64,000 bases of DNA from an uncultured Verrucomicrobiae bacterium. Lineage in GTDB: Bacteria > Verrucomicrobiota > Verrucomicrobiia > Limisphaerales > Palsa-1400. The notes beneath the pieces were generated by a model. It searched no databases. It was given only the letters and a program-made list of their open reading frames with translations, and was not told the DNA's origin. The translations under genes were made by a program, and so were the position numbers. This document shows, in pieces, positions 1 through 9,444 of this stretch. The stretch spans positions 1,312,001 to 1,376,000 of the forward strand of contig OY969763.1 of assembly GCA_963702845.1 (NCBI GenBank), given 5' to 3'. Each line of letters begins with the position of its first letter. Within the stretch, counting starts at the first letter, position 1.

Positions 1-259
1 GCGCCACTTTGGGGTAGTGCTCATAATAGCCTTTTGCGAAGTGCATCGGACTTCCGGGGAATCCGTGAGCGATGTAATCGTGGATCATCAGTCCGGTCAC
101 GTAATGAGCGGCTTCGTCGGGTTCGCTGCCGAATTCAGCGCGGTAGGCGCCGGTGAACGACTGAATCATTACGACCACTGCGAAGAAGAGCAGAAACGGG
201 AGCAGACAAGTGCGCCAATTGAATTTGCCTGGCTGAGGTGAACGATCTGCTTCGGACAT
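1..259 (-). CDS. N-terminal part of a membrane protein, probably a GT-C (ArnT/PMT-like) glycosyltransferase; runs off the window
   Basis: Translated by hand from ATG at 259: MSEADRSPQPGKFNWRTCLLPFLLFFAVVVMIQ...GSEPDEAAHYVTGLMIHDY. A TM helix followed by a DE motif is typical of GT-C enzymes. Not in the ORF track because it is truncated. Confidence 0.6.
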   Translation of the reverse strand, partial: MSEADRSPQPGKFNWRTCLLPFLLFFAVVVMIQSFTGAYRAEFGSEPDEAAHYVTGLMIHDYIAHGFPGSPMHFAKGYYEHYPKVA

Positions 260-309
260 TCGCAGCAGGCTAGCGACTTACTCGCCAACGCCCAATTCAA
301 TTTTTTCTT

Positions 310-337
310 TTAGCCTTTACCCTTTAACCCTTAGCCT
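310..337 (+). repeat. 4 x 7-bp tandem repeat (TTAGCCT-like)
   Basis: TTAGCCT TTACCCT TTAACCC TTAGCCT, ending 8 nt before ATG 346. Confidence 0.8.
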
Positions 338-345
338 TCACTTCG

Positions 346-1080
346 ATGCCGACGCCTGGTCCATTGTTGAGAGTTCAAGACATTTGGAAATCCTACGAAG
401 GCATGACGCCCGACGCGGCGGTGCGTGTCTTGAACGGAATCAGTTTCGACGTGAACCGCGGCGAATCCGTCGCCATCGTGGGACCGTCTGGCTCCGGCAA
501 GAGCACCTTGCTCAACATCATCGGCACATTGGACTCACCCTCGCGCGGGAAAGTTTTGCTCGAAAATCGTGACCTTTCCATTCTCGATGAACGGCAGATT
601 GCCGAGCTTCGAAACTTTCGCATCGGGTTTATTTTTCAAGCGCATCATTTGCTGCCGCAATGCACGGTGATGGAAAATGTCATGATTCCGACCTTGGCCT
701 CGCCTCAAGCGGATTGGAGGCAGATCGCGCAGGAACGCGCATTGCAGTTACTGGATCGAGTTGGATTGCGAACGCGTTTGAATCATCGGCCGGGCCAACT
801 TTCTGGCGGCGAACGTCAGCGTGTCGCGGTCGTGCGTGCGTTGATAAATCAACCACAGCTTTTATTGGCCGATGAACCCACCGGCGCGCTGGACAGCAAA
901 GCTTCGGAGGAACTGTCGCAATTACTCATTGACCTAAATGCGGAAGGGAAGGTGACGCTGATTGTTGTTACACACGCGTCCTCCCTGGCGAATCGGATGA
1001 AACGCATCCTGCATCTGACAGATGGTAGAATCAGCGATTCCACGTTGGCACCTGCGCGCAGTCGTGAGAACTTGTTGTAG
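346..1080 (+). CDS. ABC transporter ATP-binding protein, LolD/MacB-like
   Basis: Walker A GPSGSGKS, signature LSGGERQR, LLLADEPTGALD, VVTH. Confidence 0.93.
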   Translation: MPTPGPLLRVQDIWKSYEGMTPDAAVRVLNGISFDVNRGESVAIVGPSGSGKSTLLNIIGTLDSPSRGKVLLENRDLSILDERQIAELRNFRIGFIFQAHHLLPQCTVMENVMIPTLASPQADWRQIAQERALQLLDRVGLRTRLNHRPGQLSGGERQRVAVVRALINQPQLLLADEPTGALDSKASEELSQLLIDLNAEGKVTLIVVTHASSLANRMKRILHLTDGRISDSTLAPARSRENLL

Positions 1081-1082
1081 GT

Positions 1083-2801
1083 ATGGCAAAGCGATACAAA
1101 CGCATGCCTGGCGCTGATGTACCGCAGCGTCCAGCGGGCGGTGCTCAGAAGCCGTCAAAGCCCACAACCATCGGCGACTATTTAATTGAGCGCCTGTATG
1201 CGCTGGGCGTTCGGCACGTGTTTGGAATTCCCGGCGATTACGTCCTCGGTTTCTACGATTCACTTTCCAAAAGCAAACTGCAGTTGGTGAACACTTGCGA
1301 TGAGCAGGGGGCCGGCTTTGCAGCGGATGCATACGCACGCGTGAGCGGACTGGGAGTGGTTTGTGTTACCTATTGTGTCGGTGGTTTGAAGGTTGCCAAC
1401 ACAACCGCCGAAGCGTTTGCGGAGAAGTCGCCGGTAATCGTCATCAGTGGGGCCCCGGGAGTTCGCGAACGCGAAAAGAATCCGTTGCTCCATCACAAAG
1501 TCCGCGACTTCGACACGCAAAAGCGCGTCTTCGAACAACTGACGATTGCATCAACGGTCTTGAGCGATCCGCAAACTGCCTTTCAAGAGATCGATCGCGT
1601 GTTGCACGCTGCACTTCGTTACAAACGGCCGGTGTATATCGAGCTCCCGCGCGACATGGTTGGTGTTCCGGGAATCTCGGATTATACCCCCCGAGAGTTT
1701 CACGAAACGAGCGATGCGGTTTGTTTACGAGAGGCGCTGAGCGAAGCAGTGACAATGATCAATCGCGCGAAGAAACCGGTGATTTTGGCGGATGTGGAAG
1801 TGCATCGGTTCGGGTTGCAAAGCGAGTTGCTCAGGCTGGTGGAGAAAACAAACATTCCTGTGGCGGCTACGATCATGGGCAAATCGGTCGTTGGTGAAAG
1901 TTATCCATTTTATCTCGGCGTGTATGAAGGTGCGATGGGCCGTGAAGAAGTGCGCAAGTATGTGGAGGAAAGCGATTGCGTCATCATGCTCGGGGCGTTC
2001 ATGACGGATATTAACCTTGGGATTTTCACTGCTCGATTGGATCCGGCGCGGTCAATTTCCGCGACGAGCGAAAAAATCAGTATTCGTTACCACAACTTCG
2101 AGGGAATCCGTTTCAAAGATTTTTTGCGCGGCCTTTTAAAAGTAAAACTAAAAAAACGCGCAGCAGTAAAGATTCGTCGGCCCGAATCGCTGCCACCGAT
2201 TCAAAAGACCGCCGGTGATAAAAAAATTACCATCAAAACGTTGTTTCAACGGCTGAACGCGTTCCTCGCCGACGACACCATTGTTATCGCTGACGTTGGC
2301 GACGCGCTGTTTGGTGCGGCTGACTTGTTCATTCATCAGCACACGGAATTTCTCGGCACGGCCTACTACGCGTCCATGGGATTCGCGGTGCCTGCAGCAG
2401 TCGGTGCGCAATTGGCAGCGCCGACTCGGCGGCCGCTGGTGCTGGTGGGGGACGGTGCATTTCAGATGACCGGAGTCGAACTGACCACGGCAGTCCGCTA
2501 CGGACTAAACCCAATCGTCATTGTGTTGAACAACGCCGGTTACGGAACCGAACGCCATATGCAGGATGGGCCGTATAACGATGTCGTTCCGTGGAACTAC
2601 CATCTGCTCCCGCAGTTACTCGGGAACGGTTCGGGCTTTGCGGTGGAAACTGAAGGCCAGCTCGAAGAAGCGTTACAGCGGGCGAAGAACGAAACGCAGA
2701 CGTTTACGCTGCTGGACGTGAGATTAGATCCGTTCGATCGGTCACCCGCATTAGACCGATTGGCGAAAAACCTGGCCAAGCGTCTCAAAGGCTCGAAGTA
2801 A
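1083..2801 (+). CDS. ThDP-dependent alpha-keto acid decarboxylase (pyruvate/indolepyruvate decarboxylase family)
   Basis: FGIPGDY, DEQGAGFAADAYAR, LLHH, GDGAFQMT...LNN ThDP motif. Confidence 0.92.
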   Translation: MAKRYKRMPGADVPQRPAGGAQKPSKPTTIGDYLIERLYALGVRHVFGIPGDYVLGFYDSLSKSKLQLVNTCDEQGAGFAADAYARVSGLGVVCVTYCVGGLKVANTTAEAFAEKSPVIVISGAPGVREREKNPLLHHKVRDFDTQKRVFEQLTIASTVLSDPQTAFQEIDRVLHAALRYKRPVYIELPRDMVGVPGISDYTPREFHETSDAVCLREALSEAVTMINRAKKPVILADVEVHRFGLQSELLRLVEKTNIPVAATIMGKSVVGESYPFYLGVYEGAMGREEVRKYVEESDCVIMLGAFMTDINLGIFTARLDPARSISATSEKISIRYHNFEGIRFKDFLRGLLKVKLKKRAAVKIRRPESLPPIQKTAGDKKITIKTLFQRLNAFLADDTIVIADVGDALFGAADLFIHQHTEFLGTAYYASMGFAVPAAVGAQLAAPTRRPLVLVGDGAFQMTGVELTTAVRYGLNPIVIVLNNAGYGTERHMQDGPYNDVVPWNYHLLPQLLGNGSGFAVETEGQLEEALQRAKNETQTFTLLDVRLDPFDRSPALDRLAKNLAKRLKGSK

Positions 2802-2803
2802 CT

Positions 2804-4441
2804 TCACTTCGGCACCATCCCGACGAAGGGCGCGACGTAAGCCTGGAGAAAAACCAAAATGCCGACGAGCGCGGCGAGCACGAGGCTGTGGATAAAAACG
2901 AATCGCAAAATTTTTCCTTCTTGTCCGTACCAATTCGTGGCCGTGCTCGCTACAACGATGCTTTGCGCATCCACCATTTTGCCCATCACGCCGCCGGAGC
3001 TGTTCGCGGCGGCCATGAGCACGGGGCTGATGCCGGTTTGTTTGGCGGTGATCGTTTGCAGATTTCCGAACAAAACGTTTGAGGCGGTATCAGACCCGGT
3101 TAGTGCGACGCCCAGCCATCCCAGCAGCGTGCCGAAAAATGGATAGAGCACACCCGTTTTTGCGAGAGCCAGGCCGAGCGTTGCATCCGTTCCTGAATAG
3201 CGGGTGAGAAATCCGAGCGCGAGCATCGCCGCGATTGTCAGCAGCGAATGACGGACACGATACATTGTGGCGCGGTAAATCTTCCAAAGTTGGCGAGCGC
3301 TATAGCCCATCAACGCTCCTGAGAATACCGCGGCGAACAGAATTCCGCTGCCGGTTGCGGCCAGCCAATCGAGCGCGAAGATCGCTTTCTCGGGTGGAGC
3401 GTTTGGGGCTGACACTTCGGGTCCGCGCACGATTACGTTGTGGAGTGCAGGAACGGGAATCTGCGGATTCGAACCGGGCAGCGCGTGAAAGAAAGTTTTT
3501 ACCTGCGGAATTCCCCACACAAAAATCGCGAGAGTTAAAACGATCCACGGAAGCCATGCCCGACGAAGTTGGCGTGGGTCCGTCGCCTGAAGTGTTTGGT
3601 CTCTTGCTTGACCTGAGGTATTAGGCCGCCAGAACTTTAGCAGCACGATAACCGATACCATTGAGCAGACCGAGGCAACGATATCGACCAGCCATGGCCC
3701 ATGAAAATTTGAAATGACAAATTGCGGGATCGCAAATGCGACACCGGCAGTAAGCGCCGCGGGCCAGACCTGGAGCATGCCGCGAAATCCGGACATCGCG
3801 CACACGACCCAAAACGGAATGATGAGTGAAAAGAAGGGCAATTGGCGACCAATCATTGCCGACAAGATTTTCGCATCGATTCCCGTAACACCAGCGAGCG
3901 CTATCACTGGCGTGCCGAGCGCGCCGAACGCAACCGGCGCAGTGTTGGCGATGAGGGACAGTCCGGAAGCTTGCAGTGGCGAGAATCCAAGTTGGATTAA
4001 TATTGCTGCTGTGATCGCGACCGGTGTGCCGAAACCGGCTGCGCCTTCGAAGAACGCACCGAAGCAGAATGCGATCAGGATAACTTGGATTCGTGGGTCG
4101 GGCGCGATTGTCCCCAAACTCCCGCGCAACACCGTGAATAGGCCTTTTTCGACCGTGAGTTGATAAAGGAAGATCAAATTGAGAATGATCCATCCGATAG
4201 GGAAGAGTCCGTAGGCTGCGCCATAGAGCGACGCTGCTGAAGCCGAGACGACCGGCATCCCGTATCCGACTGTTGCAATCAAGAATGCCAACGCCAACGC
4301 AGTGATCGCGGCGTTGTGGATGCGAATGCGGAATAGAGAAATTGTTGCGAGTAATAAGACGACCGGGAGCGCAGCGACGATCGCCGACAACGCAGCGTTG
4401 TGAAACGGGTCGTAATGTTGCTGCCAAATGAGCGAGAGCAT
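2804..4441 (-). CDS. lctP: L-lactate/glycolate permease (LctP family)
   Basis: Highly hydrophobic; FEGAAGFGTPVAI, ANTAPVAFGALG, GSDTASNVLFG. Confidence 0.93.
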   Translation of the reverse strand: MLSLIWQQHYDPFHNAALSAIVAALPVVLLLATISLFRIRIHNAAITALALAFLIATVGYGMPVVSASAASLYGAAYGLFPIGWIILNLIFLYQLTVEKGLFTVLRGSLGTIAPDPRIQVILIAFCFGAFFEGAAGFGTPVAITAAILIQLGFSPLQASGLSLIANTAPVAFGALGTPVIALAGVTGIDAKILSAMIGRQLPFFSLIIPFWVVCAMSGFRGMLQVWPAALTAGVAFAIPQFVISNFHGPWLVDIVASVCSMVSVIVLLKFWRPNTSGQARDQTLQATDPRQLRRAWLPWIVLTLAIFVWGIPQVKTFFHALPGSNPQIPVPALHNVIVRGPEVSAPNAPPEKAIFALDWLAATGSGILFAAVFSGALMGYSARQLWKIYRATMYRVRHSLLTIAAMLALGFLTRYSGTDATLGLALAKTGVLYPFFGTLLGWLGVALTGSDTASNVLFGNLQTITAKQTGISPVLMAAANSSGGVMGKMVDAQSIVVASTATNWYGQEGKILRFVFIHSLVLAALVGILVFLQAYVAPFVGMVPK

Positions 4442-4444
4442 CGG

Positions 4445-4771
4445 CTAGTCGGTGCTGGATTTGATCCATTGCAAGTAGCGCTTTGTGCCACTGGCGATGT
4501 CCAAAACAACGAACTCGGGGGTGTCGTAAGGATGTTTTTCGAGCACCAACTTCTCCAGCGCGGCGAGTTGTTTCCGTGTTGTTTTAAACACGATCAAAAC
4601 TTCGGCGCTGATTTCGATTTTTCCGTTCCACCAATAGTGCGACTCAATTTTTGGCACGAGATTGCCGCATGCGACGACACGCTTTTGCAAAGCTGCCTTG
4701 GTCAGCATGCGTGCCGTTTTCAAATCAGGCGCGGTGACGAGAGCGATTGCAAAAGGGGAGGGGCGTTTCAT
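4445..4771 (-). CDS. cutA: Divalent-cation tolerance protein CutA
   Basis: ACGN...IESHYWWNGKIE...E, HPYDTPE, YLQWI. Confidence 0.93.
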   Translation of the reverse strand: MKRPSPFAIALVTAPDLKTARMLTKAALQKRVVACGNLVPKIESHYWWNGKIEISAEVLIVFKTTRKQLAALEKLVLEKHPYDTPEFVVLDIASGTKRYLQWIKSSTD

Positions 4772-4777
4772 GCTCGA

Positions 4778-5107
4778 TCAAACGACAGTCAACGGACCAT
4801 CGAAGTTTGTGACACTGATGACTTCCGTGCGCGCCATATGCGGTCCGTGCAATTCGCCTTTCGGCGCGAAGAAGAGCGTGCCGGGTGTGTAAATGACGCC
4901 GGATTCTTCCCATTCACCTTCGAGGATGTAAGCCGTTTCGTTAGCGTGCGGATGGATGTGGGCTGGTATGGTCACGCCGGCGTGAAATTTGCGCAACACG
5001 GTGACGCCACCAGTCTCTTCGTTTTTGTGGAGGATCATCAGTTCAACGCCGGCATAAGGGCCCGGCTGCCATTTCTTCTCCTTGGCAAGAGCGACGTATT
5101 GGAACAT
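4778..5107 (-). CDS. Cupin domain protein
   Basis: HIHPHANETAYILEG and PKGELHGP cupin motifs. Confidence 0.85.
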   Translation of the reverse strand: MFQYVALAKEKKWQPGPYAGVELMILHKNEETGGVTVLRKFHAGVTIPAHIHPHANETAYILEGEWEESGVIYTPGTLFFAPKGELHGPHMARTEVISVTNFDGPLTVV

Positions 5108-5186
5108 GCGGCGACGTTAAAGCGCGGTGCGAAAAAGATAAACTGTTTTTCACTTTGGGCTGCGGGCTTTTCTATTTAAGTTTTCC

Positions 5187-5762
5187 GTGATGCTGCTGTT
5201 TCGCGAAAAATTTCCGGCTGATTGGTTGCCGAAGGTGCTGGCGAATCTGCCCGACGTGTTGGTCGACCATGCCCATCTTGAGCGCAAGGCGGCCACGAGT
5301 GCCCTGAATTTGGAGAAGTATCGCGACCTGTATGGCCGCGTTCAGGAACTCAACGCGATTGCAATCGAAGAACTGCAACATTTCGATCTTGTGCTCAACC
5401 TGCTGAAGAAACGCGGGATTCCATTTGGGCAACCAATTCCAAGCCCGTTCATCAGTGGGCTGATGCGTTCAATACGAAATGGCCAGCGGCATCAAGCTAT
5501 CGATCACTTGCTGTGCTTTGCGTTAATCGAGGGACGAAGCTGCGAAAAATTCCAGGTGCTTGGGCGCGAATTGGAAACAATTGATCCAGAGCTTGCGATA
5601 TTTTACGCGAGCCTTGTGGAATCGGAGGGCAATCACTACGCGACGTATATCTTAATGGCGCGCGCGATTGATGATGCGGAGACGGAGCGGCGATTGGATT
5701 ATTATTTGGATTTGGATGCGAAGTTAATTCGAGAACCGAATCCACTGCCGATGTTGCATTGA
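5187..5762 (+). CDS. miaE: tRNA-(ms2io6A) hydroxylase MiaE-like, ferritin-like di-iron protein
   Basis: DHAHLERKAA, EELQHF, ALIEGRSCEKF, SEGNHY. Confidence 0.88.
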   Translation: MMLLFREKFPADWLPKVLANLPDVLVDHAHLERKAATSALNLEKYRDLYGRVQELNAIAIEELQHFDLVLNLLKKRGIPFGQPIPSPFISGLMRSIRNGQRHQAIDHLLCFALIEGRSCEKFQVLGRELETIDPELAIFYASLVESEGNHYATYILMARAIDDAETERRLDYYLDLDAKLIREPNPLPMLH

Positions 5763-5775
5763 ACTAAAGTAAAAG

Positions 5776-5852
<77 letters not shown>

Positions 5853-5968
5853 ACCAAATCGAAAAGCGAGCAGGATTGTAGGCGACGATTCAGTCGATTC
5901 AATCCTTTTGTCAGAGTAATGCAAAGAAGCTTAGACGCAACGCTACAACAGAACCTACGCTCAAAGGA

Positions 5969-6826
5969 CTATTTGACGCTGGCTTTCAGCGTGTCTATCT
6001 GCTTTTGCACAGACTCTGTGTCGAAGCCGAATCCTTTGAGCAGTTCCAGGTATTGAATCTGGCGTTGAATATTGCCGCTGGCACGCGCTTCTTTCACCAG
6101 CTCGCCGAGTATTTCGGCGCCGATGAGATCGTCGGGTTTCTTGCCGGCTGCTTGTTGTTTTTGCCATTTAGCCCACGCGAGTTCCCAGACATTGCGGGCG
6201 CGCGCTGCATCTTTTTTGTTCTCGTTATAGTATTTTCCCAGCTCCAGAAGAATCTCATAGCTGTCCGGATTCGCTCGCAATCCCTGGCGCAAGAACGGTT
6301 CGGCTTCGTCGGCGTGCTTTGGATCGTGGCGCAGCCAATACGATGCCGCAACATAGGTCGTAATTTTCTGTGGATCAAGTTCGGCGGAAAGTTTTAGCCA
6401 GGGCAGAATTTCGCGCGCTTCGCCGGGTTTGTCGAGATGCGTATGAGTAGTCGGAATAAAACTGTGCCCGAGCCATTCAATCCAATCATGCGGTTCACCG
6501 TAAATAGATTCTTCGTGGTGTTTCCCAACGCCCTCGTGTCCGTGCTCTGCATCGTGATCGTGGTCACCATGCGCTCCTCCAACAATTGCCACAGGTTCTT
6601 TGTTGGTGATGTTGTCGAAAATGGATGGATACGTGCCGCTGTGAAAATAGGCGTCGGCTTTAAGCAGAAAGTGGTTGGCGAACAATCGGCCGCTTTCTCC
6701 CATCAAAATGCCCAATGCGCTATCGCTGGCATTGGGATTTTTCTGCATGGCAGCAAATCGCGGTTGCAGCCAGGTCGAGAGACTGAACGCGCTGACAAAT
6801 CCGAGAGCAAGCAGCAGCCGCGTCAT
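5969..6826 (-). CDS. TPR-like exported or membrane-anchored protein with a His-rich segment
   Basis: Start reassigned to MTRLLLALG (ATGA overlap with the permease stop); hydrophobic N-terminus; AEPFLRQGLRANPDSYEILLELG is TPR-like. Confidence 0.75.
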   Translation of the reverse strand: MTRLLLALGFVSAFSLSTWLQPRFAAMQKNPNASDSALGILMGESGRLFANHFLLKADAYFHSGTYPSIFDNITNKEPVAIVGGAHGDHDHDAEHGHEGVGKHHEESIYGEPHDWIEWLGHSFIPTTHTHLDKPGEAREILPWLKLSAELDPQKITTYVAASYWLRHDPKHADEAEPFLRQGLRANPDSYEILLELGKYYNENKKDAARARNVWELAWAKWQKQQAAGKKPDDLIGAEILGELVKEARASGNIQRQIQYLELLKGFGFDTESVQKQIDTLKASVK

Positions 6827-7602
6827 AACGTGAGCGCCTTTCGACGAAACGCAAGACAGGCCAGACCTAGAAAAATTGCCGAATAAACCAGCCCGTAAAC
6901 CGCGGCAATCAACCACGGCCCCCACGCGACAACGCCACGATCGTGAATAATCCAATCGCGCAAATCATAGAATTCCAGATGCGGAATAACGTAGTAGACC
7001 GCCGAAGTGATCGTGGCGGAGACACCGCGCATCCGAGCCGCCAGTTGGTTCAAGTGCCCGCCGAGCAACATGATGCCGGCAACGACGATGAAGCAGATTG
7101 TCGCATTTGATGATACCGCTGTGAACACGAGCGACCCCCACAAAACCAGCGCAATGACAATGCCCAGAAAAATCCAGTGAAAGAACAGCGCCTGCAAGTA
7201 CGGGACCACCGGCCAGAAATGTTCACGCGCTCCGCTGATCACGCCGAAGAACAGGTAGAAAACGACCAGCACCAGTGCGCACGCCATCCAGCAGCCGGTA
7301 AATTTGCCAATGATCATTTGATTGCGGCTGACCGGTTTGGCGAGCAGCGGGAAAATCGTGCGGCTTTCGCGTTCAGCGGGAATCTGGCGCGCCGCTGTCG
7401 TAATCGCGATCACCAGGCTGGAAACCCAGATCAGAAGCAGACAGATTTCCTTCAAATAACGAACGATCTTGTCATCGTTGAAAATATTCACTGACCCCAT
7501 GACGAGCGTAATCAGCGCAGTCAGGACGAACAGCACATAGAAATCCTTGCGTCGATACATCTCCTTCAGGACAACGGTGGCGATGGCAAAAATGTTGTTC
7601 AT
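6823..7602 (-). CDS. ABC-2 type transporter permease
   Basis: About 6 TM helices; ERESRTIFPLLAKPVSR...IIGKF motif. Confidence 0.88.
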   Translation of the reverse strand: MNNIFAIATVVLKEMYRRKDFYVLFVLTALITLVMGSVNIFNDDKIVRYLKEICLLLIWVSSLVIAITTAARQIPAERESRTIFPLLAKPVSRNQMIIGKFTGCWMACALVLVVFYLFFGVISGAREHFWPVVPYLQALFFHWIFLGIVIALVLWGSLVFTAVSSNATICFIVVAGIMLLGGHLNQLAARMRGVSATITSAVYYVIPHLEFYDLRDWIIHDRGVVAWGPWLIAAVYGLVYSAIFLGLACLAFRRKALTL

Positions 7603-8345
7603 GCTTTGTCGTATCCGACGATTTTCAAAAACACGCGTTCAAGATTGGTTTGATATTTCGCGGTGATATCCGCAACGCGCCCTTCCTCTTTGAGTTCGCC
7701 CTGGCACAAAATTCCGATTCGATCGCAAACCGTTTCAACTTCTCCAAGTTCGTGCGACGAAAAGAAAACCGTTTTGCCCCGCTCTTTCAGGCGCTGGATA
7801 ATTTCTCGCACCTTCATGCGTCCCAACGGATCCAGGCCGCTGGTCGGTTCATCGAGAATCAGCAGGTCGGGATCATTAATGAGCGCCTGGGCCAGACCAG
7901 CACGTTGTTGCATGCCTTTTGAATATGTCTTGATCAGGCGCGTGCGAGCGTGGTCGAGTTCGACAAGTTTCAGAACCTCGTCGATGCGTTTTTCGCGCTC
8001 CGATTTGGGAATGTTGAAAATCTTAGCGTAAAACCTAAGCAGTTCTTCCGCGTTGAGAAACTTGTAGTAATAGGTCAGCTCCGGCAAATAGCCGATGCGT
8101 TGACGGGCGATCGGCTCGCGGACATCGACGCCAAAGATAGAAGCGCTCCCGCCGGTCGGATTCACGAACCCGAGCAGCACGTTCATCGTCGTTGTTTTGC
8201 CGGCGCCGTTCGGGCCAAGAAAGCCAAAGACTTCGCCTGCGGACACTTTGAGGCTCAGGCCATTGACGGCGAGCTTCGTCCGCTGGCCGAGTTCGCGCGA
8301 AGGGTATTCGACGCGTAAATCCTTGATTTCAACAACCGCGTTCAC
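7599..8345 (-). CDS. ABC transporter ATP-binding protein
   Basis: GPNGAGKT, YSKGMQQR, LDEPTSGLDP, SSH. Confidence 0.94.
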   Translation of the reverse strand: MNAVVEIKDLRVEYPSRELGQRTKLAVNGLSLKVSAGEVFGFLGPNGAGKTTTMNVLLGFVNPTGGSASIFGVDVREPIARQRIGYLPELTYYYKFLNAEELLRFYAKIFNIPKSEREKRIDEVLKLVELDHARTRLIKTYSKGMQQRAGLAQALINDPDLLILDEPTSGLDPLGRMKVREIIQRLKERGKTVFFSSHELGEVETVCDRIGILCQGELKEEGRVADITAKYQTNLERVFLKIVGYDKA

Positions 8346-8466
8346 GAGGTCAGAATATAGTAGGGTAAGGGAAAAATGGAAGGGAAACTAAGGAGTTCCA
8401 TTTGACTCCAATGTAACTTTGAACCTTTACTTGACCGCGCGCCTAACTTCCAAAATGTTTAAGGGA

Positions 8467-9396
8467 ATGCAACCGGACTCTCGAATTTACGTGGCGGGTC
8501 ACCGGGGATTAGTCGGCAGCGCCATTTGGCGTGAATTGGAACGACAGGGATGTCAGTGCCTCATCGGCAAAACGCGCAAGGAACTTGACCTGATGGACTC
8601 CGTGGTCGTCGACAGATTCTACGCACAAGAGCAGCCGGAATTCGTTTTCATCGCAGCGGCAAAAGTTGGCGGCATCCTGGCCAACAACAATCAACCGGCC
8701 GAGTTCCTGTTCGAGAATCTGGAAATTCAAAACAACCTCATCCACGGCGCCTATCGCGCAGGGGTGAAGAAGTTATTGTTCCTTGGCAGTTCGTGCATCT
8801 ACCCGAAACTCGCACCTCAACCGCTCAAAGAAGATTATCTGCTGACCGGCCCCCTCGAGCCGACCAACGAATGGTATGCCATTGCGAAAATCGCCGGCAT
8901 CAAGATGTGCCAAGCCTATCAGCGTCAATACGGCTGCAATTTCATCAGCGCCATGCCGACCAACATGTATGGGCCGAACGACAATTATAATTTGCAGACA
9001 TCGCACGTGTTACCGGCATTGATTCGCAAGTTTCACGAAGCGAAGGTTGCTGCTGCCGCGACAGTCACCTGCTGGGGAACAGGGTCTCCCTTACGCGAGT
9101 TCTTGTATTCCGATGATCTCGGCGCGGCCTGCGTTTTCCTCATGCGCAATTATAATGAGCAACAGTTCATCAATGTCGGCTCAGGGTGCGAAGCATCGAT
9201 TAAAGATGTGTCGGAGCTGGTCAAAGAGATCGTCGGGTTCAAAGGCGACATTGTTTGGGACAAATCAAAACCCGATGGCACACCGCGAAAGTTGATGGAC
9301 AGCTCCCGGCTTTTCGCGCTCGGTTGGAAGCCGAAATTCGACTTGCGCACGGGTATTGGTTTGGCTTACCAGGATTTCCTGCAAAAGACGAAGTAA
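8467..9396 (+). CDS. fcl: GDP-L-fucose synthase
   Basis: [47 protein letters not shown]; start set at MQPDSRIY. Confidence 0.95.
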   Translation: MQPDSRIYVAGHRGLVGSAIWRELERQGCQCLIGKTRKELDLMDSVVVDRFYAQEQPEFVFIAAAKVGGILANNNQPAEFLFENLEIQNNLIHGAYRAGVKKLLFLGSSCIYPKLAPQPLKEDYLLTGPLEPTNEWYAIAKIAGIKMCQAYQRQYGCNFISAMPTNMYGPNDNYNLQTSHVLPALIRKFHEAKVAAAATVTCWGTGSPLREFLYSDDLGAACVFLMRNYNEQQFINVGSGCEASIKDVSELVKEIVGFKGDIVWDKSKPDGTPRKLMDSSRLFALGWKPKFDLRTGIGLAYQDFLQKTK

Positions 9397-9444
9397 GTCG
9401 TTCTTGAAATCGCGTGGCAACAGGAGCAAAACGGGCGTTACCTC

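Noticed and set aside
17..241. 74-aa + strand ORF
   Set aside because: The opposite strand gives a more convincing membrane glycosyltransferase N-terminus.
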